Below are positions 36,313-48,950 of a stretch of DNA of 64,000 bases, piece by piece (the first letter of the stretch is position 1; every line of letters begins with the position of its first letter). The position numbers and the translations under genes are program-made. Under the pieces are notes generated by a model. It ran no database searches, was not told where the DNA came from, and saw nothing but the letters and a program-made list of their open reading frames with translations. Source of the stretch: Amphiscolops sp. MND2022 (taxonomy: Eukaryota); assembly GCA_964187785.1 (NCBI GenBank), contig OZ076418.1, positions 5,084,001 to 5,148,000 of the forward strand, given 5' to 3'.

Positions 36313-36445
36313 AAAGCGAGGATTCCTTAGTGCCTTTCCCGCCCTCCATCCAACCCCTGGATTATCTGAAGCTGCTCGAGTACAATGGACCCGAATTCAG
36401 ACTCAGCTGCGAACTCCTTGTCTGCTCCATCTCGAAACCCATCAC
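36313..36445 (+). CDS. L1-like exon 2 (Ig1 N-half)
   Basis: ttcttcag| ESEDSLVPFPPSIQP...FRLSCE...KPIT |gtaag; phase 1 to 2. Confidence 0.85.
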
Positions 36446-36920
36446 GTAAGAACATCTTTTTTTTTGTAATTTTGAAGTTTTTCTATGGTTTCCAGCTTCA
36501 CTGTCGTTGTAGTGATTTTATTCGGATTGTGGTAGATTTTTTTTAAATCTCACAGTGCCACAAAATTTACAAAGAGGAACCCTTTGGTGTCAAGGCGGTT
36601 TTGACTGAAAGTATCGCAAAAGCAAAGTTCTTAATTTCACAGTACCAAAAACGCAAAGGGGTTAACAGTCTTGAATAAGTTCCCAATTTCTCAGTACCGA
36701 AAAAAAGCCAAAATGCTTAACGTTTTGGGCCTAAAAGAACTTTTTTGCTTTTGATCTCACCACAAACATCAAAAACCAAAACTTTTCTGCTTCTCTTCTC
36801 ACCAGAAACCATAAAACCAAAGCACGAACCCTTTTGTGAAATGGAAAATTTCCAAAGAAGTCGCAGAGTGCTGAAGAAAACCAAAAGGACCCTTTGGGCA
36901 TGAAAACGCTCTTTAAGTCC

Positions 36921-37802
36921 AACAAGACGAGAACGTCTAAAGTCGGCGCCATATCTAAGGCTCAAAAAACTCAAACTTCTTGAAATTGTAAAAGGTGGGA
37001 CCCTTTGGGTTTTTTCAAAATCCGATTTGTTGCGCGGTGTAACGTCTCAAAGATCGGATATAGTGTGCTGGAACAAATGGAAGCGCTTGTTTTCGAGCCT
37101 CCGCCTCCGCCTCCTCCTTAGTAAAACAGAATATAATTCGTATATAACGTCGAAAATTCGGATATAGTGCTATACTCCATATTACGTCCAAGTTTCGGGT
37201 AGTTTTAAAAAAAATTGGTGGATATATGCTGAAAAAACCTAATTTCAGACAAAAAATGACAATTTTGAACAGTCTCATAGTGCCGAAAAATTTAAAAGAG
37301 GGGACCCTTTGGGATTTTTATATATCTATTTTGTTGCAAAATATTTTAAAAATTGAAGGGGGGACCCTTTCGAGGCATTAAAAAATTTTCGAAAACGAAA
37401 AATGAAGAATAAGAATTTTGAGCCAGTCTCATAGTGCCGAAAAACTTGAAAGGGGAGACCCTTTGGGCTTTTCGAAACTTCAGTTTGCTGTAAAATATCG
37501 AAAAATTCGAAGGGGGGACCCTTTGGATACAAAAAAAATTTCGAAAAAAAGTCGCACAGTGCCGAAAAAAACTCAAAGGGGGGACCCTATAGTCTCGTTC
37601 GGTTTTGTATCTTACGATAAAAATGGAGTTACTGAAAGGGGGGACCCTTTGCACTATCTTAAATGCACTCCCCGTTTGCCGATCCAGTACTTTAGTAGTT
37701 CTGTAAAAAGTGTCCAGTACGCATACATTCTGTTATCTGACGAAAAAAAACTAGCCACTGCAATAGTCGGGCTCATTTTCTTCTAAAATGCGCCGACTAA
37801 AA
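36921..37802 (-). mobile_element. Long HINE-like family A copy with nested family G repeat
   Basis: AACAAGACGAGAACGTCTAAAGTCGGCGC at the left end; AGTCGG...GCGCCGACTAAAA at the right end. Confidence 0.75.
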
Positions 37803-38462
37803 ATATCAAAAAACCAAGTGGGGCCCTTTTGGAAAGTTGAAATTTTCCCACAAAAGTAGCACAATTCCGAAACTATTAGATTTCGAAAAAGCCTATTTAC
37901 TCTGAATAAGTATATGAAAATGGGAACGGGGAGAGACCCTTCTAACTAATTTGTCTGTAGAATCTAGAATGTTGGAATTTATTATTTTTTGGCATTGGGT
38001 ATGAAAATGGCTACTTTGACCAGATTAAAAAAACGACTAGAAATCACTATTGTATTCGCGTTTTATTTCATGAAGCGCAGACTAAAAATGGATCAAAGGG
38101 TGGATCCTTTGGCCTCTTTGGGTACCTTTAGATCTTAGGCCTACATTTCAGGTTATATCTTGTATTTTCCGTTGGTACGATTTTTTGTGTAGAGATCATC
38201 GCCCATCTGTTTGGCGTTTTTCCACTATTTCTGCCAAATCTCTTATCACTTGATTACTCCATTTAATATATTGGTATTTTTGGTATCACGGTGGCACAGT
38301 TGGTCGTGCGTCCGCCTGGCAGACAGGAGGTCGTGGGTTCGAACCCGTGCTAGAGTCTGAATTTTTTGTAGGACAAGGAAACTTTTCCTCGCTGCAAGAT
38401 TCATCGGGTTCCATCAAATACCCGATCGCAAATTATCGGAAGTTCATTGTATTGCTTGACAG

Positions 38463-38844
38463 GTACGACTGGTTTTTCGCGAAATACTCGAACGAGACCG
38501 GAGAAGCACTGAGCAGAATCGGCCACGAGGACAAGAAGAGCGAGAACTACCACTTCGAGGGCAATGACCTAATCATCCACGCAGACTACGGAGACTGGGA
38601 CGCTCTGATTGGCTACTACTGGTGCACGGCCCAGAACGAACACGGCATGGCGTCCTCCACCAAGTGTCTGGTGGACAAAACTAAAGTGAAGACTAGACCG
38701 GAAGATCTGCCGCCCATAACCATCAAGAGTGAGGAGAGTGTGCACATTGCGATGGAGAAACCCCCCCTCACCCCCCAAGATGTACCCCTGGGCGTGTTTT
38801 ACACAGTGGCGTCCCTAGACGACAAAAATACTGAAATTCTCAGG
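38463..38844 (+). CDS. L1-like exon 3 (Ig1 C-half, Ig2 N-half)
   Basis: gacag| YDWFF...GYYWCTAQNEHG...TEILR |gtaagt; phase 2 to 0. Confidence 0.9.
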
Positions 38845-40475
38845 GTAAGTTACTGAGTGGAGATAGTTTTTGACCCACTTGCTACTCTGTTGTATCTAAT
38901 TTTTGTCCTTTCTAGTATTTGGGAATATTTTCAAATGGTTTATCAAGTAAATTGTCGCTTCTTAATGTCAGTAAATGCTGAGGTTGGTTTTCACAGAAAT
39001 GCATAGGATCATTGATAAAACGTCCTCCGATTCAAACGTCATGACTCCGGAAAACCCTGTTACTGTTTTTTATAATTCGTTCAACGTTTTTTTTCTCGAA
39101 ATATGATATCAAGCTTATCACAACGGTGAGGATTCCTTAGTAGGCAGGAAGAGTATTTTTCAATAATTTCAGAGGGTCCAAAGGACATCTGATGAGAAGT
39201 CTCCCTGTAGGGTTTACTTGGAAATGCTTTAGGTAACACAATTGAGTCATTTGTTTTTCCGAACACACTCACCGACAAAAGTTGTCCGTGGCTCACCAAA
39301 TTCGAAACTGCTTGCAAACGTTTCACAAAAAAGGCCAATTAAAAAAATGCTCATAGATACAGTGTCTCCATATCACATATCAGAAAAGTTATCAAAACGT
39401 CTTGAAACTTTATTCCCTGTCGAATTCGAGGAATCATGTAGACTTGTGTTTAACCAATTTCGACAGAATTGTGTTGTCTAATTGATTTTCTTGTTAATGA
39501 AACAAAGAGTGCCATACTTCCCCGTTTGCTCTGAATCGAACTCATAATTTTTTTCTAGTTTTCCGCAAAAACTATAGAAAAAAGATGTGGTAAAAACGGA
39601 TTTTTACACAATGTCCCATGTTTTTAGATGGGGCATAATGGCTATTTCGTTTTTATGAAAAATCGTTTTATGAATGAAAGACTTTTGAATCGCTAAAACT
39701 AAAAAGTCTTGGAAAGCTGCAAAAAGCTTGAATTGCATTTGCTGTGGAACATTTTCCTGAGCCTCACAATAATAGTTCAGGACAAAAGTGTGAATAAATT
39801 TTTTTTGAAGCTTTATTTCTCGTTGTATTTCTCTTTAAAAGTTTTCACACACTTCCTGTTTTTCCGCTGAGTTCTACAAGGGACAGAACTTTTTCGATAA
39901 GTTTAATAAGTAATGAAGAGGAATAGAATGTGAAACTAGCTAGCTATGAACGAATTTGATCGACCAAGTTGCTATCTTTGATTTGAAATGTTGTTGGAAA
40001 TGAACATGATCAGGAATTGAACGGAAACAGAAGAGAAACTTTGTCAAGGAACCGGAAATCAACCGGAAGTCGATTTGAAAACTTTTTAATCTCAGTTGTC
40101 TTTCTTCGTTGTTCATTCAGGAAAGTGACTTTTATTCATGTTTCTGTGCCTGAAGTTCATTTGCATGAATAAAATTATTTACGGAGACTATTCAAAGCGT
40201 CGAAAGGATTCCATAGCAGCGAATATTTCAGCTTATTATTTGAAGACTAATTTGTTAGCATATTTGTTGTATGTCTCGGTCGCTTCGCTCCCTTCACCAA
40301 GTAGCAACATGGAGGCATGGCCAAATGGCACGTCGCCCCGCTTCGCTTCGCTCCTGCATTTAAGGCACCAGGGGTATGTGAACATAGCTGACTACGTTAT
40401 CGTAATTAGTTCGCTCGCCACTGTGTTGCACTTAAATTTAATTCTTTCCTATTTCAATTTTCAACCAATCAGAAG

Positions 40476-41760
40476 CAGGGCTGTCATGTTATTTACATAG
40501 TGTTATTAACAAGCCTTTAATTTACATGTTATTTACATGAATGTTTTGAAATTAACATCCGATTTTAACAGTTTTTTTTGGATTTTCATCATTCGGTGTT
40601 ATTGTATTTTTTCAGATCACTGAAATGCCTCCAGCGAAAAAGCCGGTGTGGGATAAATTTCTTTCTGTTACTGTTAATGGTGTTAAAAAAGGGAAATGCA
40701 AGGCTTGCAATACGGAAATTGTGAATAATCCTGTTAGACTGGAAGCGCATCTGAAGAAATGCGCAGCAAAACCTGACGATGAAGATGTTCAGCAAGTAGA
40801 CGGACCTGGGCCCTCTAAGGTCTTGAAGCAGACTACTATGGACATTTGCATATCAAAATCCAAACAACATGAAATGGATCTTTCTCTAGTGCGCTATTTT
40901 GTCGCCACCAATACACCTTTCAATGCCGCCGCGAACAAAAATTTTAAAGATTTTGTGCAGAAAATGAAGCCCGGAGCTGTTATCCCTGATCGCCGAAGAC
41001 TAGCGGGTGAACTTTTAGACGAAGTTTACGAGCAAGAAAAAGAGAAAGTCAAGGTAAAAGTCAGGGGCATGAATGCTACGCTTGCCATCGATGGGTGGTC
41101 CACCCTCACAAATGAGCCCGTCCTTGGAGTATGTTTTATTTGCCAAGGGGTGCCCTATTTAGTTACTACCATGGTTACAACTGGCGAATCGCATACAGCA
41201 GATTATTTAGAGCGTATAGTCCGTGAGCAGTTAGCCTTTGTAGAATCGGAATTTTCAGTTAAAATTTGCAGTGTAGCTACTGACAATGCAGCCAATATGT
41301 CGTCAATGAGGAACCGAACTGCGTCTGCCGTTGACTACATCAAGAATTTTGGTGGAACAGAATTGATGGAAGACCTGGTGAAGTATATGGGGAAGGTACA
41401 GCCATATAATGATTCTCTGTTTGGCGATGACTACAAAAATGTCTCACCAGATGCCTGGTGGAAAGGTGGCATAAAATTTGGATTTTCTGCGAAGTTGGTT
41501 CAAATCGCCTGCTCTATTGTCACAGCCGTAGCCTCAAGTGCAGGACTCGAGCGCTACTTTTCAACCCTAGGCTTGACATATGGAACGCTACGCAGCTCTC
41601 TTGGAGTTGAAAAAGCGGGAAAAATGGCCTTTTTGTTCAAGCAGTTGAACAAAGACTAAGATTTTGATTTTTACAATTTTACTGTTATTTACATCTACTT
41701 TTGTGTAATTTACATGTTAACATGTTAATATCGTTTTTAACTAACAATATGACAGCCCTG
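40476..41760 (+). mobile_element. Internally deleted hAT transposon (1285 bp) in intron 3
   Basis: 12-bp TIR CAGGGCTGTCAT; perfect 8-bp TSD ATCAGAAG (40468-40475, 41761-41768); TTTACAT subterminal repeats at both ends. Confidence 0.95.
40625..41659 (+). CDS. 344-aa hAT mini-transposase: BED finger, DDE residues and hATC dimerization region, insertion domain missing
   Basis: VWDKF...CKAC...HLKKC; LAIDGWS; ATDNAANM; PDAWWK...SSAGLERYFS; uninterrupted ORF. Confidence 0.85.
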   Translation: MPPAKKPVWDKFLSVTVNGVKKGKCKACNTEIVNNPVRLEAHLKKCAAKPDDEDVQQVDGPGPSKVLKQTTMDICISKSKQHEMDLSLVRYFVATNTPFNAAANKNFKDFVQKMKPGAVIPDRRRLAGELLDEVYEQEKEKVKVKVRGMNATLAIDGWSTLTNEPVLGVCFICQGVPYLVTTMVTTGESHTADYLERIVREQLAFVESEFSVKICSVATDNAANMSSMRNRTASAVDYIKNFGGTELMEDLVKYMGKVQPYNDSLFGDDYKNVSPDAWWKGGIKFGFSAKLVQIACSIVTAVASSAGLERYFSTLGLTYGTLRSSLGVEKAGKMAFLFKQLNKD

Positions 41761-41994
41761 ATCAGAAGCGTTTGATGATTAATTTTTGGCGCGATGAATA
41801 GCTTTGTAAAATTTCGGCGCTTTGGGAATCCGCCAAAGTTACGTAAAAGGAAACCTTTTTCGAAAATGCTTTTGTTTCCCGAACGTTCGGGCTGTCAAAA
41901 AGTTGATTTTATTTCCCCAAAACTAAGAACTGTTAGTTAACCTGACTAGTTAGTTAACCATCTGATTTGCTTCTTACCCACATTGCGTTTGTAG

Positions 41995-42181
41995 CCCAAA
42001 GTTCGTCTGGAGAGCAAAGATGGTCGGTTCGTGATCGGCGATGATTTCGATCTCTACATTCTGGACGCAAAGACATCTGATTCTTGCAGAGTGACTCAGT
42101 TCTTCCAAGAGTTTGGCACCATGACTAACTTCGCCTACAGAACTGCTGAAATCAACGTAGATACCAATCGATTTGAAGGAG
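41995..42181 (+). CDS. L1-like exon 4 (Ig2 C-half)
   Basis: tttgtag| PKVRLESKDGRFVIGDDFDLYILDAKTSDSCRV...RFEG |gtttgt; phase 0 to 1. Confidence 0.88.
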
Positions 42182-44226
42182 GTTTGTATTCATTCCCCCG
42201 TGTACAGACAAAAGCGCCCCGATACAAAGGGTATTCGACCAGATTTTTCATTTCCACACCGAACAAAACGTATTCAGCAGCTAATTTTGGTATTCTAAAC
42301 AATTAGTCGATGGAGCAATTTTACAATAATTGTTCTGAAGTCAAAACTGATGAAAATATAATTGGAATGAGGAACTTGAAGTTGGCGGTGGAAAAGAGTC
42401 ATTAAATCCCCTGTGGCCTTTCCTTGGGGGCGCTTTTGACTGTTTATTTTGTGTGCTTCTGTCGTGTAACCGTTATTCTAAGAAATCTATAGGAAGCAAT
42501 ATATTGAAATTTGCCGGAAGAAGCTTCCTTTTTCACCATTAACTGCTGTTTTCTGGAACAATGTTGGAAATATACATTTTAAAAAATTAGGTGTGGTCAT
42601 CTTGGACACTGCCTAGGGCTTAGATGTGTGAAATAGGTTTAAGCTTTTTAAGTGTCGTTCTTGAATCTATTGAGCATTTTTTTCAAAATTAGTACTTTTT
42701 CAAGTAGCTTAAACGTTTTTTTAATAGTGGAATAGAGCACTTTTTGGCATCTAGTCCAACTCTCTTAGCAGGAAGGAGAGACTTTTTTATTGACATGAAA
42801 CGAATGAGTGTTTACTATTTAATCGTTCACTGAAAGCTTCGCTTGTACTCAAAAGACCATGGAAAAGATATTTGCTGTTTTCCAATTATATTTTCTTCAA
42901 GTAGCATCTTATATCCCAAGGTTTGGATGCTTCCAGTCTGAAATGAAAGGTTTGCATTTCTGTAAAGTTCGAAAATTTGAAAAATGTTCATTGAGAATTT
43001 TGGAATTGGAAGACGTACTTTCGGAAATTCCCAGAAACTTGTGGGAATGTGGAGTAAAAGAAACTTGTGGATGACTATTTTAGTGGATGCGGAAATTTTA
43101 GTTAGTCCCGAAAAGGCAGATTTTTGAAAAGGAACTTTTCAGGAATGTGAAAGGAACCCGAAAATTCCAAAATAATGCCTGCCGGTTTCAACTAAATAAT
43201 GCCGCCAAAATAAGGATTGAAAACAATAAGGATTGAATCTATTTTACACTGAAAACATAACGATCTTCAATTTTTACAAACATTGTCCATTTGCGTGACT
43301 TGAGCTCCCTAAGTCAGTCGAACCAAAAACATTAGCATTTTACGATCTTTAAAACCTTGAACATTTTCGAGCCACCTAGAGTTGAAGGTTTTTTCTACAC
43401 CCTAACTCAATTCATGAACTCGCAACGTAATTCTCGAATGTGTAGGTAAAAGAAGGCCACCGCAATTCAGGTGCAGAAAATCAAGGCACCTTGAATTCTC
43501 AGGTTATTCTTATGTAGCAGCTGAAATGTTGAAATCACTTTAGGTCCTTTTCATTTTTGGGATCAACCGAAGTGCTAGTCTTAACAATTTGTTGCTTAAC
43601 TAATCCATGCTCTCGACCAGAGTGAGTTGCATTTATATGTTCCAAAATTATTGAACTTATTTAGAAGTGTAAAATATTTGTTAAAATTGGGAAGAATGTA
43701 TGGTCAAAATTATTCAATCTCGAATATTTTTCCCCGAAAGGTGTTATCAACACTTTTGCAGTCGAAATAGTTTCAAGATAAGAAATATGAAACTAACATA
43801 ACAGTTGCCAAGTGACGGACTTTGGAACTGAATTTGTTGAAGAAATTTGGGATAATCTTTGAGACGACGTTATTAAAAAATCACGTCGGCATGTTTTAAA
43901 ACGATGCGGTTAATATTTTTTAAACACAGTTTTAGAACGACCATTTCCTGGGCTGTTTACCTTGTAAAACAGTTACCTTGTAAACATGACCAGTCAGCTC
44001 AACTCTTATTTGGAAAAACTGAGCTACGTTTCTGATGACCTATTAGTTATGGTACCAACTTCAGCTGGTTTTAGCCGTTAGTTTTTTGATGGAAGACCTT
44101 CATTCTGCAATGCTCAAAACTTTTTTGACGCCAAATTTCTTGAGAAGTGTTTCATTTTTGAGTTCCGGTTGTTACGTCACTAATCTGTTTACATTATAAA
44201 TTCAAACGTCACATTTTTGTTCACAG

Positions 44227-44499
44227 TACAAAGTGGATTCTTCGAGAGTTACGAAGACTACCTGTTTGTGCGAAACAAGAAGAACTCTTACATAACTTGC
44301 ATTCCCAAAAAACCAGGCAAAGTGAAGTTCCAGAAAGATGGGAAAGACTTGGAGCTGAGTGAAAACAGCAAGGAGAGTGTCTACCGCACCGATTATGCAA
44401 TCTGGTTCAGCAACCCCACCGAGGAGAACTCCGGGAAGTACACTTGCATCAGGGAGGACGACCCTACTGTGAAAGTTACCAAAACTCTCCGTGTTATTG
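44227..44499 (+). CDS. L1-like exon 5 (Ig3)
   Basis: ttcacag| ...YITCIPK...FQKDG...ENSGKYTCI...LRVI |gttagt; phase 1 to 1. Confidence 0.9.
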
Positions 44500-44786
44500 G
44501 TTAGTCCACTGAACCACAGTCTGTTTTTTGAAGAAAACAATCGTAGTTCTAGTCACGTTTTCTTCACAGTGCCGTGTCTGATCTCAGAGCTAGTCAATCG
44601 ATGATGGTTTCCACTCTTCTCTACTCTTGTTCGCTGCTCGCATGCCTTCGTCTCAACTTCTTTTCCGATTTTTTTTTCCGATTCTGCATCAACATTTGTT
44701 TGTCTGTGTCGGCCTTGGCTTTTGTGCCGTTCATGTCTTAAGCTACAAAGATTTCATTTTTGTACAACTTTTTTGTGATTTTTTTT

Positions 44787-45076
44787 GCACATGACGAAGT
44801 CAATGTGCATTGCAGTCCAGCTAAGTAAGTTTTTTTTCACTATAGTCAACTTCATAATGAGCGCCTTTTAGAAAAAAGCCAAAACCCCAGAGAGATTCGA
44901 ACCTGCAGCCTCCCGATTGCACGGCATTAGTGTTGACCACTGTGTCATAGGGACGTTATTGAACAAAGTTGAACTGTTGAATATATACGCATGCGATTAA
45001 AATAATATATATACGCATATTAAAATAATCGATGTCTTCATCATGTGTTGCGAAGCACCGCTTCGCCTCTGTGTTT
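44787..45076 (+). mobile_element. HINE-like family D, copy 2
   Basis: Near-identical to 6403-6694, including the tRNA-like module. Confidence 0.75.
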
Positions 45077-46250
45077 AATTTTTGAAAAAATGTTCTTCTT
45101 CGAAAGTATTCTTCTACCACGTTCGCTACAGGGGGGTGTGAAGCATCAGAGTTGTTTGAAATGTTTCCGAAGTACTTTGATCCATTGGTGTCTAGCCGAA
45201 TTTTAGTCGACGTTTTGCTAAGTTTCGACGGAGGTTAAGTTTTTATTCAGTAGCTCTGATCCCTCTTTTACGGAGAACAGACGGAGCGCAAACATTATCC
45301 ATACGGTAAAGACCATTTGTCCTGGCCAACGTGCTATATTTGCATTGTTGACGTTATATCCGGAGTAAGTTGCGTTTCATTAGAAGCGGTGGGGAAAATA
45401 TAGAGCTTTATCCGTCTCTATGACATTATATCCGAAGGAGGCTGAGGTTCGAAAAAGCGCCCTCGCGTGACCCAGCTCGCTGTATCCGAACCTATGACGT
45501 TTTATCCGAAGTAAATTGCGTTCTATTAAGTAGGAAGCGCAGGAGGTTCTATTAATGAAAAAAACAATTCCGAAAAAATTTATTTTGTCAAAGGGTATCC
45601 CTTCTTTTTTGCACGTTTTTGCATCAGAAAAAGCGTTTTGCGAAATCAGGAAGTCTTCTTTTGGGTTGTTTGGCATTATCAGACTTTTCCGGAAAAAAAA
45701 TTCGACGTCTTTTTCATAAATTTGTCTTTTTTGATTTTTCGATGCTTTTTTGGTTTTTCAATAAATCATTTAAATTGATAGTGCCGTCTTATTATTGCTA
45801 ATCAGCGATGCCGGGCTTTAGTGGTTTGTCCACCAATCTAATGCGCTATGAAAATTGTATCTATCCGAAGTGTTATCGTGGAAGTGGAGCATGGTGTAGT
45901 TGTTCGAGCATTCGGTTTGTACTGGGGCGGTATCAGGTTCGAATCATTGTTGGGCTTATGGGATGGTCAAAAATGAGGCTGAAAATTATGATGGAAAGAA
46001 ACAGCGGTGAGCAGTCAGACCTTTATTACATTGAACAGGTCACTTTGAAACCACAGCTTGAAGCTTGACCTTTTAACTGCAAATATGGTACTAGAGCTTG
46101 CTTTGGGAACATAGTATCTGAAAGGGCGCCGAGGTAGAAAAGCAGAACTGCTTGTTCTACGTTCACTCCACAGAATTGAGGAAATTAACTTTTCTTATTG
46201 TTTGTGAAACCCACCATCTCGTTAATCTGATGAATGAATTGAGTTTTCAG

Positions 46251-46388
46251 GAGCCCCCTTGATGAAATGCGACTTCTATGTGTTCATCATTCGTACTCCC
46301 GGCGACCAAGTCAAGATGTCGTGTACCATCACGTCAGACTTCCTTAAGCTGAATGAGCCACAGATTTACCTCAACGACAAACCTTTCG
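46251..46388 (+). CDS. L1-like exon 6 (Ig4 N-half)
   Basis: ttttcag| GAPLMKCDFYVFIIRTPGDQVKMSCTITSDFLKLNEPQIYLNDKPF |gttagt; phase 1 to 1; not in the ORF track. Confidence 0.8.
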
Positions 46389-48229
46389 GTTAGTTTCCTA
46401 TCCACTTCAACAACATTGTCTGCGAACAAGCAAAGAGGTTTTTTGGCTAGAAACAGTTGTGAAAGGTCACTTTTTTGAGTAATGGTAAAAGTAATCAGGA
46501 CAATTCAGACCAATTCAAGAAATTCAAAAAAATTAGTGTCAATCTTCATTGATAATGATTGTTTTGAAGTAATTTTTATCCCTTTGCTTTCGATGATTTT
46601 TTCAGGTGTTCAAATCCACTGCATGTTTTGCTTTCCTTTTTGCCGAAATAAAGTACATGTTTTATTTTCAAGGTAACCAGCTTATCAATCGAACTTCCAT
46701 AATGTTTCTATTTCAGCTGAATTTTTCAACTTTGAACAGTTGAACTAAATTGCTGTCATTTTGACCTAAGTTCCAGGCGTCAATCTTTTCCGATAAGTTT
46801 TCATTTCTAATGATTTTTTCCAAGTAATGATGAAACATTATCGAACAAATGAAAATTTTGAATCAGTGTAATAACTTGAGATGAAATATAAAAGTTTCAT
46901 ATTTTGGCTTTCCCTATAGGTTTTTTGTTTTTGAAGAAAGTCCTCAAATGTTGGATTCAATTTGCCGATTGTTTCAAGTGAATACTTGAGTGCTTTCATG
47001 CGTACAACCGTATCTCCAGAAGTTAGTATTTTCAACTAGTGGCAGTGAGTCGAATAACCATTAGGCCGAAATACTGAAAGTGTGGCAAAATGCCCAATGG
47101 AGGTATTTGTTCGGTTGAGAATTACAAAATGAAGTATATGAAAATTGCCAGTGAAAAAGCTCTGTGAAAATTAAATAAAGATGTGCATATAGTTTTGAAA
47201 ACATAAATGATGACGTTTTGCCGAAACATTACCGGAGGAATTCAACATATTGAGGTTGTTGAAAATTTGGGAAGTGAAAGTCGATCAATTCCCTTAAATT
47301 CTCGCTTTTTTCAGCTTATTAGTTATTCGGCTTTTTACGCCCTCCATACGTATTTCCAACATATGACTCAATTGTGTGCTGTTGTAGACGACTATTTGAC
47401 CACAGGTGAGGGCATGTATGAATTAATTATACATGGTATATCTCTACTTGAATTCTATCCCTGTCCTTGGCCCAACGACAAACGAACTATTAACTATTTC
47501 TTCTCTTAATTTGTGAAATAACTAAAAAATACTCCAAGGTTGTTCTGAAAAGAAATACTCCTAACTCAGTCATATCGAAATCCGCCTAATTCGTAACACT
47601 CGGGACTCCACAAATTCGCAAATATTGAGAAATAGGAAATATTACTTGACCAGAAAAGAAAAGTCAAGATGCATTTGTAACTAAAATTGTCGTCATGAAA
47701 ACGTACGAATTGGTCGGATTTCTGGATTATCCGGATATGAATTAACCGGAATTTATTGTACGTGGAATCATGGGTGTGATATGGATATGCTATTCATTTA
47801 ACTGGAATTCACTTTTGGAGCAAAAAAGGGACCCCATAGTCAAAAACTGTTCAGCTTGGCGTTGCTTATTCCATCCATAGTTATTGACAACGACTGTTTG
47901 TTTCATTAAAGTAGCTTATGGAAACATTCCCTAAACTGACAATTGGTTTCTCCTATGACCGCTTAACTGCAATCTTTTCTATGCTAGGCATCAGCTTATG
48001 CTTTATGAAAGACATTCACTCCCTGAATACGCCAATGACTTCTTTAGGTTTGGGCGCTCAAAATGATTCAAAATGTGCCAGAATCACTCCCCTATTTCAC
48101 TTTCATTTGCCTTTGGGGGCGTTTTGTAATTTTTCCACTGAGTCTTCTGACCAAAAACTGACCAAAATCCCAAAAAAAAGATTTTTCCCGTTTATGATGT
48201 AGGCTGAAAATGCGCAAAAGACTTTTCAA

Positions 48230-48650
48230 AAAAACTTGAAATTTTTGATTTTTTTTCTTTCAGAAAATGTCGCACAGTGCCGAAAAATGTAAAAGGGGGG
48301 ACCCTTTGGGCTTTATTAACATATATTCTGTTGCAAAATATCAAAAAACTCGAAAGGGGGACTCTTTTGAGACATTAAAAAATTTTCGAAAAAAGTCGCA
48401 CAATGCCGAAAAAAATCGAACCTTTTAGTCTCGTCCGGTTTTGTAGGTTACGGTAAAAAATGAAAAGGGGACCCTTTTGCACTCATTTCCGCTGACCGGA
48501 CTTGGCCTCTTATGCTAGTAGTTTTAGTAGTTTCGATTGTAAGAAAAGTGGCCCAATCAGAGTGAGATTGTAGTCTGACGAAAAAAAAAGAAAAAAAACT
48601 AGCCACTGTAAGAGTCGGGCACTTTTCCCTAGAAAAGCGCCGACTAAAAA
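48230..48650 (-). mobile_element. HINE-like family A copy, one end missing
   Basis: GTCGCACAGTGCCGAAAA and GGGGACCC motifs; AGTCGG...GCGCCGACTAAAAA end; left boundary approximate. Confidence 0.65.
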
Positions 48651-48950
48651 CATTGCGAGAATTAGTTGCATTGATGTTTTTAAAAGTTGACTACCGTGTT
48701 TTAAAAGTGTCCATGTTTGTTTCGCATTGGTCCATTGTTCACCAGTTAAGACGTGTGCTCTGAAACTCAGTGTTTAGAAAGTTTGTAACTAAGCTAGTTT
48801 GAGATTAACTTGTATTCAGGTGATGTGGTAACCTAACCAAAATGTTTGTGTTTCCTCTAGTTAAAAAACGTTTTCAATCGTAAAGTTTCCAGATCGATGT
48901 TTGTAGAATGCTCATAGTATGATTCTATTTGAAATTCATTTGATGTGTAC

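Noticed and set aside
38285-38355. Functional tRNA gene
   Set aside because: Box A and box B are present, but the T-stem 3' strand is missing and the anticodon stem does not pair; treated as a tRNA-derived repeat. The same applies to 6503-6568 and 44880-44950.
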